Under the pieces are notes generated by a model that ran no database searches, was not told the DNA's origin, and saw only the letters and a program-made list of their open reading frames with translations. A stretch of 63,859 nucleotides of DNA, filler included, from Octopus bimaculoides (lineage: Eukaryota): the NCBI RefSeq assembly GCF_001194135.2. It is 6 parts of 5 records of this genome, joined end to end, with 100 filler letters (N's around TTAATTAATTAA, not from the genome) between each part and the next. Parts side by side here need not be neighbours in the genome. Positions count along the whole stretch, not along the records: positions 11,604 to 34,524 come from NC_068988.1; positions 34,625 to 41,752 come from NC_068981.1; 4 more parts are not named here. The stretch is one strand, 5' to 3'. Of this stretch, positions 25,646 to 38,453 are shown piece after piece; within the stretch, counting starts at the first letter, position 1; each line of letters opens with the position of its first letter. The position numbers and the translations under genes are program-made.

Positions 25646-26194
25646 GTAAGTCTGTTTTTCTATGTGACCTAATATCATCAGGATAGACTGGTGTAGATGT
25701 CCTCTAACATTTATTTTGTGTTTTTGTGTCTTGCTTTTGGATAGTATGTTGTTAGTCTTAGCTATGTTTAACCTTTAGTTCTTTTTACTCAAATCCATGC
25801 TTTCAAAGTGAAACATTCTCTGTTAGTTCTTCAATAGTACATACATAGTCAACTACTCTTTAAGTATATAGTTATTTTTCGATATTGCAATTCGTGAGTA
25901 ATGGTAGTCACAGATTTTCAATGGACAGATCACCATTCACTGAATTTCTAATGGTGAGAGCCTCAGGTCTTCTTTAATAGAGGACCACTTTTATAGTATT
26001 CTCAATATGTACATATGCGTCCACTTGCATGCTGTGCATGTGCACACACACAAATACACACGCTTGCACACATGACAGGCTCCCACACAATCTCTGTCTA
26101 TTGAATTCCACCCACAAAGTATGGTGAGCTTGAAGCTTTAGTGGAAGACACTTTGCTGAAGGTACTATGCAGGGAGCCTTGATCTAGAATCATG

Positions 26195-28789
26195 TGGATG
26201 CCATGCAAACAGCCACTTATATTTATATTGCAGGGGACTTTAATTTCCCTGAGATTGACTGGGAGGCCTTCCGTTGGCCACAAAGTCCAGATGATTTCCT
26301 TGAGCTGGTGCTGAATTCAAATTGGTCCCAAGTTGTTACCTCCTCCACAAGGGCTAACACTTTGGATCTGCTATTTACCACTTCTCCTGAAACAAATATT
26401 AGTGTCACTACTGAAGAACCTTTAGGTGACTCTGATCCTTCCATGATCATAACTGACTTGTGTCTGATTGGTTGTAACAAAAACCACAACCATCTTCAAA
26501 CTGCCTTGAATTTTATGTCTATGGCGATGTGAACACTATACTTCAGAACATTTTGAATTCAATATGGACGGCATGTGCAGCATCGGTACCATGCAAGCAC
26601 AAAAAACCACCCAATAGTGCAATGTGAGAGACTGCAGCAGTCCGACTTACCAGGAAAGAATGCCGTAATGTTGAATAGCAATACAAAATGCACAAATCAG
26701 AGATCAAAAAGAAAAAGTGCAATAGATCATCCAACCATCTCAAGCAGGTGACAAGGCAGTGCTAGAATTCGAACAGTGCATAGCAACCAACCCTGACAGC
26801 AAAGTGTTCTGGAAGTATGTACATTCAAAGCAGAGACCTCACTCTCCAGTTGGTCCCCTTTGCAATCCCCACACAGGCCAGATTACTGACAATCCCAAAG
26901 AAAGTGCAGAAATTATTGCTGGATGCTATGCAGGCATCTTTACTGTCGAAAATCAAAATGTTCCATCTCCATCACCTCTGACACCGGACTCTATAACTAC
27001 TATGAAATTTACACCAGCAATGCTACAACGCCACCTTAAGAATAAACATAACTATGCCTCTCCTGGTCTCGATGATGTTACATACCTACTTCTCAAATGT
27101 GGTGGGTACTTTCTTCTGAACCAATTCTCACTATTGTTTCAATTGTCTTGACGATGGTGTTATTCCAGAGCAGTGGAAAACTACCAGTGTTATCCCTCTG
27201 TTCCAAAAAGGTGACTGCATATTGCCTGTCAACTATCGCCCCGTCAGTCTTACTAGCTGCATTGCCAAACTGATGGAATCCTGTGTCAGAGAAACCCTCT
27301 GGAACTCCTGGAAGTCTCACAGCCTCATCCAGCCGTCACAATTTGGATTTATTCCTAACTCCAGCTGCTGTAATCAACTCTTCGAGTTTCTTGAGGACAT
27401 TNNNNNNNNNNTGCTGTAATCAACTCTTCGAGTTTCTTGAGGACATTACCCGAATCACTGATGGCGGCTCCTGGGTGGATGTTGTTTACCTGGACTTTGC
27501 TAAGACTTTTAATTCTGTGCCACACAAAAAACTTATGGTGAAACTCTCTGCAATGGGTGTAAGTGATGATCTCTGTAACTGGTTGAAGTCCTTCATTATC
27601 GGCAGAAAAGAGGTTGTCACAGTTCTAGAACAACACTCTTCACTCTATGAGATGACATCTGGTGTACCACAGGGATCTGTTCTTGGCCCCCTTTTATTTG
27701 TTGCATATATTAATGACATAGATGCCAACTTAAAGAATGCCACAGTGCTGAAATATGCAGATGACATGAAGCTGTACCTTGAAATAGAGAGGACAGATCC
27801 TGTACACTATAGATCTTTATTGTAATCAGACCTGGACACAATGCAGCAATGGATCATGGACTGGCAACTCAAGCTGGCTGTGGACAAAATGTACCACCAT
27901 GCATTTTGGGAGGAAAAACCCAGCGTCTACTTACTCCCTCCACAACACTAATCTCAAAAAGTCTTCTTGTGAACGTGACCTGGGCATTATTGTCGATAGC
28001 GATTTGCGTTGGACAAAACACATTGCTAAAAAATTGCCAAGAAAGCTGAAGGTATCTTGGCATCACTTNNNNNNNNNNNNNNNNNNNNNNNNNNNNNNNN
28101 NNNNNNNNNNNNNNNNNNNNNNNNNNNNNNNNNNNNNNNNNNNNNNNNNNNNNNNNNNNNNNNNNNNNNNNNNNNNNNNNNNNNNNNNNNNNNNNNNNNN
28201 NNNNNNNNNNNNNNNNNNNNNNNNNNNNNNNNNNNNNNNNNNNNNNNNNNNNNNNNNNNNNNNNNNNNNNNNNNNNNNNNNNNNNNNNNNNNNNNNNNNN
28301 NNNNNNNNNNNNNNNNNNNNNNNNNNNNNNNNNNNNNNNNNNNNNNNNNNNNNNNNNNNNNNNNNNNNNNNNNNNNNNNNNNNNNNNNNNNNAAATTATT
28401 AACCATCTTACTAACAATAACTCTGAGCACCTTTTCAAACTCCACCTGTCTAACACCCGTGAACATGTTTACAAAGTCAGAAAACAGCACAGCTCCCATG
28501 ACTTTCGGAAACATTTTTTCACGCTAAGAGTTGCTGAAGTATGGAACAAACTGCTGGCATCAGTTGTTAGTTGTCGGAGCACTGCATCCTTCTAAACTTC
28601 CATGCTTCCTGAGATTTGCCAACACTACACCTGATTTTCTCCCCTCCATACACACGCAAGCATGTATCTGACTCATACACTGTTCACTTTCCAGACATTT
28701 GTACATTACTGCATATGCTTTATACTCACTTTTGACAAGTTGTTGTGCACCTGAACACTGTATACAATAATTTCATTATTATTATATTA

Positions 28790-28820
<31 letters not shown>
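26195..28820 (+). mobile_element. CR1-clade LINE, decayed near-complete ORF2 (APE plus RT) with (ATT)n tail, in a ROCK intron
   Basis: GDFNFPEIDW, TLDL, DSD; NYRPVSLTS, QFGF, YLDFAK, GVPQGSVLGPLLF, YADD; FFTLRVAEVWNKL; in-frame stops; gap at 28069-28392. Confidence 0.92.
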
Positions 28821-28822
<2 letters not shown>

Positions 28823-29016
28823 CCAGCCCTGATCAAACTGTCCAATCCATGCCAGCATGGACAACGGACGTTAAATGATGATTATATATATATATAAATA
28901 GGTGTGTGTGTGTGTGTTGAAAAGCTGGTGATTTGCATTGTGGTTACTCATATTCTAGCTGTTCAAACAACAAAACTGAAAACTATTTTGTCTGTATGTT
29001 CAAATGGGAGTGTATG

Positions 29017-29072
<56 letters not shown>

Positions 29073-29138
29073 AGAAAGAATGCTTATAACTACTTTATCT
29101 GTAGAAATATATGACATGATATTTATTGCATTCACCAG

Positions 29139-29325
29139 TGAAAGGTTGAATAAAAACTTGAAAATGGCCACATCAAAAATTGAATCTGAACAAATAGCAC
29201 GTACAGTGGCTGAAGAGAATCTATCAGATCTTGAGAAAGAAAAGACCATGCTACAACTGGAAATTAAGGAACTGAAAACACGACATAAAGCAGAACTTTC
29301 TCGTAAAGAATCGGTCATTAATGTG
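29139..29325 (+). CDS. ROCK: ROCK exon, ERLNKNLKMATSKIESEQIARTVAEENLSDLEKEKTMLQLEIKELKTRHKAELSRKESVINV
   Basis: cattcaccag acceptor, gtg|gtaagt donor; 187 nt, phase 2 to 0; matches the ROCK motif KAESEQLAR..AEE..SDLEKEK.M.ELE. Confidence 0.95.
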
Positions 29326-32300
29326 GTAAGTCTCTTTACTTAGTCTGTTAATGTTTTATTGCTGTTGTTGTTGTGGTTGTTAAGCCCCAGGTAAATAGAC
29401 CATCAATCAGATGTGATCCAGTTGAGACCATCCTGTCTTTTCCTTTTTTTCGTATTAGTTTACATTGTTCAGTATATCCCTTATTAAAGACTAATATGTG
29501 ATTTGAAGTAGAATTGGCTGCTATTGCTTGCAGGATGAGCAACCATGTATGTTCTTTGTGTGTGTGTGTGTGTGAATATTTAGTATATGTTTAAAGGGGT
29601 TTAAATTGACAGAAATGGTGTTGTGCCTATTGAAATGCCGTGCAGCATTTAGTTTTTCTCTCTTGATATTCTGTTCAAATCCTACTGGTATTGATTTTGT
29701 CTTCCATTTCTCTACAGTAAATAAAACAGGTACTAGTAATATGTTGGGCTGAATTCAATTGACCATAACCTTCCTTTATTAAACAGACCTCATAGTTAAA
29801 TTATTACTATTAATTCAGTTTGTGATATTATTATGAGGTCTGTGAGAGTGGCACAGATGGTAATGAGTTGAGAAGTAATTAATATTGTAAATGACTGAGT
29901 TGAAATCCTATCAGTCAGCTTCTATGTTGCATTTTATCCCACTGTTGGTCTGCAGGAAATATTTACTATCTCCTGTTCAATAGACTGCAGCTGCTCCAAC
30001 ACATCATTTGGAATGATAATTATCCAATAGAAATTTATAGAGGGTCAAGGGATCACCAGCTGACTGGGGTACATGAAACCCAAGTAGAATAAAGTGTGGA
30101 GATGTCAACAGTAGCAACAATAGCAACAGGACTTTTCATTTAGTACATAGGATGATGTCTGTTGTTTTTGTCATTATTTAACCCCAGGTCATTCTAAGTG
30201 GAATAGATGTCTACTCAAAGACTGTCAACCTTGATCATCCTCTCGTTTTGTATATCTCGGACTATATTGTCCAATGTGACTTTTTTTTTTCTTTAGTGAT
30301 TAAATTGTGATTTAAAGATTTAGTTGCTGTTTATTACAGATCAAGTGACTTTGTAGACGTGTCCTTATTGGCCCTTCTTTTACTTCATACTGCCAGTGCT
30401 ATTGTCCCTATTTAATCCTGACAGAGCCCTGATCTAGCAGTCATGTAATCAAAGAATTTCCAAACATGACAAATTAATTGGACTATATTAACCAATTTGT
30501 CCTTCATTTTTTTAAGCAGGTAGGATATGATACCAGGTAGACTTGGCTGTTATTTCTAGTAGGCTATTGATTCATATCAATAGTAGAGAAATTTATGCAG
30601 TATATGTCATCTTTGTCTGGCATAATATACATATGTGTGTTATCAATTAGTTTCTGACAGGTTTGTTATTTCCAGCATATCACCAATGACATCCAGCATT
30701 GTAAGAGTGGTCAGTTTAAAAAAAACTATAAATAAAATAAGCTGTGTGCCTGCACATGCATATGTCTGTGCATATGTTTTCTTGTAAATTAGTGAAACAG
30801 TCAAAGTGTGTTGATGATTGAGTCTTTATCAACCAGTTGACTGCCATATTTTGGTTGTCTGTGAGTGTAGCTGAAGCAGCTGTAGGACTGTATATGGGAT
30901 AAATATCCCATTGTGTGGTTTATGTGAGTATTGTAGTGTTTTTTTTTGTTTTTTTTTTTTAATGAGAAGTCCTGGTTTATGTGAAACAGTTTTATAAAAT
31001 TTATATAATGTGGTTGATATGAGGGATTGTGAGACCCGCGTATGCATAGACTGAATTGTAGGCTTTGCTATTACCGAAATCTAAGGTTGATTATTTGAGC
31101 AGATCCTTTTGTTAACTTCCAAAATATACTGTTCATTTATTTATTTCATTGTAACATCTAATATTCTTGTAATAGATAACATAAACAATTAAAGGTTTTT
31201 AATTATAAAATAAACCTAAAATTAGACACGTTTTTTTTTTTAGGATGAATCCAACACAGAAAAAGAATGTACTTAGAACTCTCCAAAGGTGGTTCCAAGC
31301 ACAATTTTATTACTGCCTTGGATTCATGCTTGTAAGGGCAGTTCTATGTACATCTTTGTAAAAATATCAAGTTTAATTTAAAGTGTGTAGTCAAATAATG
31401 TACTTGACTTAGCTCCCTTGAATATAATCTTTTAATTTTTTTGCATTTAATTTAATGTCTTTTATTTTTTGCCCATTATATTTTACTTTTTAATTGGAAC
31501 ACGCACATAATTTCAAATTGTTTATTCATTTTTATCTATTTCATTGGTAAGCTGTGTGGTAGTATTTATCCAAGCAAAACATTATCTATTACTAAAGGAG
31601 AATATCTCGACTTAGATTGAGTGAGAATTAGTCTTAAGTATGTTATGATATTTTAAGACTGGTATGTTATGGTATTTTAAGATAGCCATTGAAATTCTGA
31701 GCTTTTTTAAAAGAGTAAAAGCTAAAAGAATCTGAAATATCTGGTAAGTGTAGTGTCTGTGAAGTAAAGCTGAACTATTAACTTTTAGCTCCTTAATTTA
31801 AACCCCACAGAGCTTCTTGGTTATTGTTTCTAATCCCTAGTCTATGTGGATGTACCTTTTCTAGTTAATGTGAGGGGAGCTATTAAGGTGGTGAGCTGGT
31901 ACAGTTGTTAGCATGCTGGGCAAAATGCTTAGTGGAATTTCGTCTGTCTTTATGTTCTGTGTTCAAATTCTGCTGAGGTCGACTTTGCCTTTCATCCTTT
32001 TAGGGTTGATGAAATAGGTACCAGTTAATCACTGGGGTCAATGTAATCACCCTACCCACTTCTCTGAAATTGCTGGCCTTATGCCAGAATTTGAAGCCAA
32101 TATTAGGGAGGCTATCTGGCTGTTGACACTTTTACGCCAACAGTTCATATCCAAGAATTCTGATTCACAGAACTCTTCGACTTGTTACTTGCTTGGAACA
32201 ATGTTTGGAAGAATGCTTTAAAAAAAAAGTAGTGTAGATCATATTTCAGAGTGTTGGCATTTTTAAAATAGGATGTTTTGTTTCTTTTTTTTTTTTAATG

Positions 32301-33129
32301 ATCATTTCAAAATACTGAGTAGTTAAATATTAACTATTGTATTTAGTAGCATAAAAGACATACATGCATATTAGATGCCCCCCCACCCCAATTTCAGCTG
32401 TGCATACTCAGGGGAAAAACATTTTTAGTACATTCATCGACAAAATTAGCTTATGGTTAGTCCATCTTTGTATATAGGACACTTTTTTTGGAAATTAGTG
32501 TGTCTTATATAACATGAAATACAATACTTAATGGAGTATAATTTGGGGACTTGTGACTTTTGAACCTTCAATTAACATTGTTTTAGAAGCTATTATTTAA
32601 GAAGGGTATTGTATTGTTGTTGTTGTCATAGTTCAGCTCCAGTCCCTATCAGGTCAGGTTTGGGGTCATGCACCATTGCAGCACATTGTTGCATTCACCA
32701 TTTGTTGGTATATTCCTGGGTTGTCTTGGGGAACCCATTGAGCACAGTCCCAATCAGTGCCCATTTCCCTGAGATACTTTCTCAGCTACCATGTAACAGG
32801 ATGCATCTCAGTTCCTGAGTAGAATTGTTGGCTGAATATGAAATTCGACCAATGGAAACCCACAATCCTGCAAAATGCTGGCAAACTGGGGAACTGCACC
32901 AGAAGCCAGGCTGATTTGGCATGGTTTCTACAGCTGGATGCCCTTCCTAACACCAAAAGTTTCCTGGTACCAAAGGCCCCTAAGGGCTCTGGACAGTGTC
33001 CAAGTCTCAACTATATAGCAAGACAGGAAAGACCAGTGACCTACAAACTTGAACCTTTGTCCTCCTGCTCAGATGTCGGCAGCGCTAAACATTCTTGTCC
33101 AATGAATTCACAGCTGCGTCAGCTTGTCT

Positions 33130-33385
33130 TCTCAATGTGTGGTAAGGTCTTTGTCAGGGTCATCCTGAATAGAGTACAGAATCCTCTGGTTGCATCTCAA
33201 TGGCTGGAGTTGTCGGGGTTCCTGCTAAAGAGGTCAACTACTGACAGGATCCCGACACTTCTTGTACTCATTGAATACAAGCAGAGCTTTTGGCAGGGGC
33301 TACTTGCAGCCTATACTGACCTCCACAAGACATTTGACTTGGTGGACAGGGATGTACTTTGGAGGATTCTGGAGCTGTGAGGTAT
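33130..33385 (+). mobile_element. RTE LINE reverse transcriptase fragment
   Basis: GKVFVRVILNR...SGF..KRSTTDRI...AAYTDLHKTFDLVDRDVLWRIL. Confidence 0.75.
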
Positions 33386-34393
33386 ACAGTCAGTCCCTAT
33401 GATGAGAAATATTCCATTCATGACCGTTCTGTGTTTTTAAGGATGTCTTGGACCACATTATCGAGTGTCCTATTTTTGAGACGGTTAACTGTGATCTGAG
33501 TGAGATTTGGTTGCTATTTCTAGCAGATTGACTTCACTGAAGTTTCCCATTAACTGAAGCCATAAAAAAAAACTTTACTCTATCATTCCTTCTGCAAATA
33601 TCCAAATCACAGAATCACATCAACCCTTTTGTTACTATATTTCTGTTGAAATATACTGTTTTTATTTCAATAAAACAATGAAGGATTTAATAAAATAAAT
33701 TAGTCATTATTAAGCTGGTGTTTGGAACATAGTATGAAAGGAATTTTGATGGTTTCAGTTTAGATTACTTTAAAATAAAAAGTTTGTATCAGAGAACCAA
33801 CAGTAACCTCAGGCAGGTTGGTGTTACAAGGGGTTAAGGATGGTAATGAGGAATGATTTAAACAGAATCTTTTATCTTTCACTTGTTCCAGTTATAAGAC
33901 TGTGGCCTAGCTGGGGCACCACCTTGAAGACTTTTAAGAACACTCGCAGTGTTCTTAAAAGTCTGGTAATTTTTCTATTAGTGTCTTTTGCTGAACTGCT
34001 TAGTTACAAGCAACACCAATAAACAAACCAACACCAGTTTCCAAACAATGATTGGGTGGTGACCTCCCCATGCACACAATGGGCTTCTACACAGTTTCTG
34101 TCTATCAAATCCACTTACAAGGCATTGATTATCTTGGGGCTCTAGTAGAAGACACTTGCTGAAGGTGTCCATGCAGTGAGACTGAACCCCAAACCACATT
34201 CTTACAAAGCTAGCTTCTTAACCACTTAACAATTTTAAATAATGGAATCATTAACAAAAAAATGTTGACTAAAATATTTGTTGCTAAACTTTGTTGATCA
34301 AATTCAACTTGTTTCTTGTTTTCTGGTGTTTTGCTATTAACCTGTGTTAATGCAGTGCTGTAATCAATGATATACTGAGATGTTTATCAATAA

Positions 34394-34524
34394 TCTATAT
34401 ATATAAAAATGAGAATGTGTGTCTGTCTGTCTGTCTGTCTGTGTGTGTGTGTGTGTGTGTGTTCCCCTAAAACTCGAGAACTACACAACCAATTTCATTC
34501 AAATTTTACACATGTCTTACTTGT
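34394..34524 (+). mobile_element. Helentron/DINE-like non-autonomous element end
   Basis: tctatatatataaaaatgagaatg, then a (TGTC)n/(TG)n tract and aaccaatttcattcaaattttacac; cut by the scaffold end. Confidence 0.5.
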
Positions 34525-34624
34525 NNNNNNNNNNNNNNNNNNNNNNNNNNNNNNNNNNNNNNNNNNNNTTAATTAATTAANNNNNNNNNNNNNNNNNNNN
34601 NNNNNNNNNNNNNNNNNNNNNNNN
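34525..34624. other. Artificial scaffold linker (ends the ROCK-bearing piece)
   Basis: N44-TTAATTAATTAA-N44. Confidence 0.95.
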
Positions 34625-34698
<74 letters not shown>

Positions 34699-34811
34699 AC
34701 CCCACCTCCACATTGACAGACAAATACACTAGGGTATAGGTATCGTTCTGAAAGATTGCTAACACACAACAAACTGATCTGTATCATTCCTTGTTATTGT
34801 AAATATTTCAG

Positions 34812-34914
34812 CTGCACCAACGACCCTCGATCATCGACTGCTGTGGTTCATTTTTGCTATCAGCTTTTTGCTCGCATTTTCAGTCTCATTTACCTCCCTT
34901 TATACATATTACCG
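34812..34914 (+). CDS. Candidate transmembrane exon, APTTLDHRLLWFIFAISFLLAFSVSFTSLYTYY(R)
   Basis: atatttcag acceptor, cg|gtaagt donor; phase 1 to 2; ~21-residue hydrophobic stretch followed by a basic residue. Confidence 0.5.
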
Positions 34915-35034
34915 GTAAGTCAGTCATTCGTTACTTTACATGAGAACATTCTTACCCTAGGCACTAATTCGTATATTTCAGGAGAGATTCAATTAAATTC
35001 ACTCCAGTTTTGTATTTATTCTTTATTTTTATAG

Positions 35035-35065
35035 ACCCATGAAGGATCTCATCTCAGCAAGATAA
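35035..35065 (+). CDS. Candidate terminal coding exon, (R)PMKDLISAR*
   Basis: Long T-rich tract ending tttatag; phase compatible with 34812-34914; 120-nt intron. Confidence 0.45.
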
Positions 35066-35181
35066 GAGCAACAGAAGCTATCAATAATCTGGGGAGAAAA
35101 TTTGGATGCATTTTTAATATCTAAAGACAGTTTTAACTCACTGAAACATTGGCAGCGGATTTGAACACACACACACACACA

Positions 35182-35226
<45 letters not shown>

Positions 35227-35260
35227 ANNNNNNNNNNNNNNNNNNNNNNNNNNNNNNNNN

Positions 35261-35296
<36 letters not shown>

Positions 35297-36509
35297 GACG
35301 ACGACGATCATCTGCTAAATGTACGGTTGATTAAAAGTAAACAATCCACCAGTGATCAGTGGAAAAAATTGTACTCGTCAATACTCTTGAATTAAATGTA
35401 AAATAGTATTTATCTGTGATGTTTTGGACAGACAGAATATACTTCAATTGTATCATACTTGCAATATTAATTTTGTCAATGGGAATTACATATAAACGTA
35501 GCTATTTATTCTCAATAAGATCTGGCAGATTCGGACGTTGATAGCTGATTGCTGGTGTCTTTTGTAATCAGAGAAAAGTCAAACGGCGACGAGAACGAAC
35601 AGTGATCAGGCATTCACGCTCGAATCTGTCAGGATATAATGAAAATATAGCAGATACGTTGGTATTTATATTTCTGAGCAAATTTCTGAGCAGCCATAAA
35701 AAATAATTCAAACAGGTAGGAAAAAACAGATGCAAGGGAGACAACTCAGCGAACGTTTCTTATTAGTTATTTCCCTTCCACCATAAGATTTTGTGTGTAT
35801 CCTTTAATTGAGATAGAAATTATCGTAGTATCAGTTAAACAATTTGTTTCTAGGGAAAAGCGATTTAATTTATCCGCCAAAAACCTGTAGGAAGACTTAC
35901 GACGAAAAGAATACCTTTTCTTTATGCATATAGAGCTATCGTTTGCTTACCGATTGCAAAGACGTACATTAGATATTTTTTTTCTTTTAATTTGATGAAA
36001 TGTAAAGGAAAATTTGATCCACATGCTCATGGATATAGCAACGCATCCCTATAACATAAAACCACATTGACTCATTGATTTCTTGACTGATGATCGATTT
36101 CGACTTGTCAGTACCTCACGTTTTCCCAAAGGATATATTGATTTCTTTGCAAATTCAGATGAATGTGTTGCAAGAATTGAAGTTATGTGTTTTGAGATGC
36201 ATACATCTGCCACAAATTAAAAGAGGTTTGACCTGGGTTTTTATAACATTAATAGAAAAAGTTGCAAAGAATAAAAAAAATAAATAAATAAAATCTAGCG
36301 GTGTGAATGTGCACATCTTAATAATCTGTGAATATATCCCTGAATGTTCACGGCCCTAGTTAAATATTTTTCTTGTAGCCAGTCTATTCCCTTCAACGGC
36401 ATGGATATGCAGATGATGTTCAGTTTAATAATCTGAATGCCGCTGTAACCATACATCAAATGACCGTTTGTGATGAAAGCTGAAATGTTGTCAGTGTTCT
36501 TCACCTCTT

Positions 36510-36620
36510 CACCTCTTCTGTAGATCTTCCAGGCCGACCCGCAATATGTTACGAAAGCAATGTTGTTGGAAACCTTCCATTTGGGTCAGATATCGACGAT
36601 GACACCAGTTTTGAATCAGT
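36510..36620 (-). mobile_element. RTE LINE fragment
   Basis: HRRYLTQMEGFQQHCFRNILRV resembles the RTE motif L..F.QRCLR.IL. Confidence 0.5.
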
Positions 36621-36779
36621 ATAGGAGAGTGGGTAACAATTACTTAATACGCAAATAAATTTGTACGGACCCGAATTGTCATGGTTTTAAAATAGATAAA
36701 TAAACATATAAATAAATAGATAAATAAAAAGAAAAAGTTTAAAGAGAGCAAAAGGCAGTTTCTGCTTATTTCAAACTAT

Positions 36780-37540
36780 GTTGGGTTTTTCAACGTTAGC
36801 ACTGGCCAAAGGATGCTTCTACCTTTGGCCAAAGTGTTGTCTTTAGTGCTTTCAGTCTTGTTCATCACGCAAACGCTTTCGCCTTAGTCACGAGACAGAC
36901 GAAAACTGCCTGCCTTTATAGGCCAAAGGAAGGCGGCGGGATGACCTTCACAATGGAGTTGAGGCCATAGCCAGATTCGTCCGACACGTGTTAGCAGCTG
37001 TTTGATATAACACCACAAGTCACCAATGTCCGAGCACAGCAAGACAGTTTCGCTTAGGCAATGTCTACCGGTAGCACAACCAGGTCCGATATTTCTGGAA
37101 ATTATCCACAGGACCCGACCTAAAAGACCTCAGGAACGGACCCGACAGTTGATTTTCATCGATGTCCAGGGTTCCACTGAAGGTGTCCTCACTCTTACCC
37201 GCAAGTAATCCACTAAAGAACGACATGGTGGAACATACTGCACCAGCATTTCCCGACTGGTAGGGGACTGTGAGTGCCTGATGATACACGAGGTGCCAGG
37301 CACTCTGCCTAGATGTACGCTTGACCCAAGATTTCAACTCACTCAATGAGATGAGCTGCGCAAAAGCGTGTCTAAAAAATGGCAACTACACCTGTTCGCC
37401 GCCTAAGACATCTGGAGGTTTAGTCCCAGCGCATATCTGCGCATTATTAACCACGGCATACGCAGTCTTCTACACCGCGGAAGCTGGTATTAATCGGGTC
37501 GTCTGACCAGTGGGATGCGTCCCTTCCACAAAAAGTGTGA
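36780..37540 (-). mobile_element. Decayed L1/Tx1-like ORF2 C-terminal region
   Basis: GPVDNFQKYRTWLCYR*TLP...VKVIPPPSF...AVFVCLV...TRLKALKT; GC-rich island with multiple stops; family assigned from memory. Confidence 0.5.
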
Positions 37541-38259
37541 GAGCAAATGCTCCATTCTGGTCAGGCGACGACGCTTAGACGGTGGTAAATGACTGATGCA
37601 TTCACCTTCCCTTTGCTGTTTCACTTCTGCATGGAGGTTTCCTTCCCTATTCAACTCAGGGTATTTAGTCGCTTTTGCCGCAATATCAGCAAATGAGTCC
37701 TTGCTTCCACCGCTTACTTTGTGGTCAGCAAAGTTGTTGTTCTTGTTGTTGTGGTTGCTGTTGTTGCTTTTGCTGCTGCTGCTGCCGTTGTTACTATTTT
37801 TGCTGTTGTTGTATTTATCTCTGACTTCGTTGCTGCTGCTGGGATTTAGCTCTTGCTGTTAAAAACCTTGTGGTAATCATTGACACCGTTACTCTTCATG
37901 TTGTCCCTCACTGCTGCTGCTGCTTCTCTCGCTGCTATTGTTATTTTTGTTGTTTTGCCCGTGAAATCCAAAGATTTCTATTCCCTGATTCATTCTCTTC
38001 TCTCTATTCCAGTCAATTAAGAAAATTTAAAGACACAAATAACAATAACATTCAGGTCGATACCTATATAAAATGTCCCCAAAGGAAATGGAATCCGGCA
38101 GATCGATCGTCAAATTCCCTGACACCCCAGCGGTAAGTTTATGTAAATAAATGACTTTCTTTACATAATTATTTGATCTGAGAATGCTCTTTGACAAGCG
38201 TATAATAGTGTTTGTAAAGACATTACGAGGATACATACATACATACATACATACATACA

Positions 38260-38296
<37 letters not shown>

Positions 38297-38325
38297 ATAA
38301 TATTATTCATTATTTTCCCTAAAAC

Positions 38326-38356
<31 letters not shown>

Positions 38357-38398
38357 ATGTTTATATATATGTATGTATGAATATATATATATATATAT

Positions 38399-38453
<55 letters not shown>

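Noticed and set aside
27365-27447. ~36-bp direct repeat inside the CR1 RT
   Set aside because: Identical sequence on both sides of a 10-N gap: contig-overlap artefact
32838-33380. 180-aa ORF as a host gene
   Set aside because: Chimera of an RTE-tail repeat and an RTE RT fragment
37596-38136. Leu/Cys-rich ORFs resembling a signal peptide or TM segment
   Set aside because: Translations of (GTT/GCT)n trinucleotide tracts
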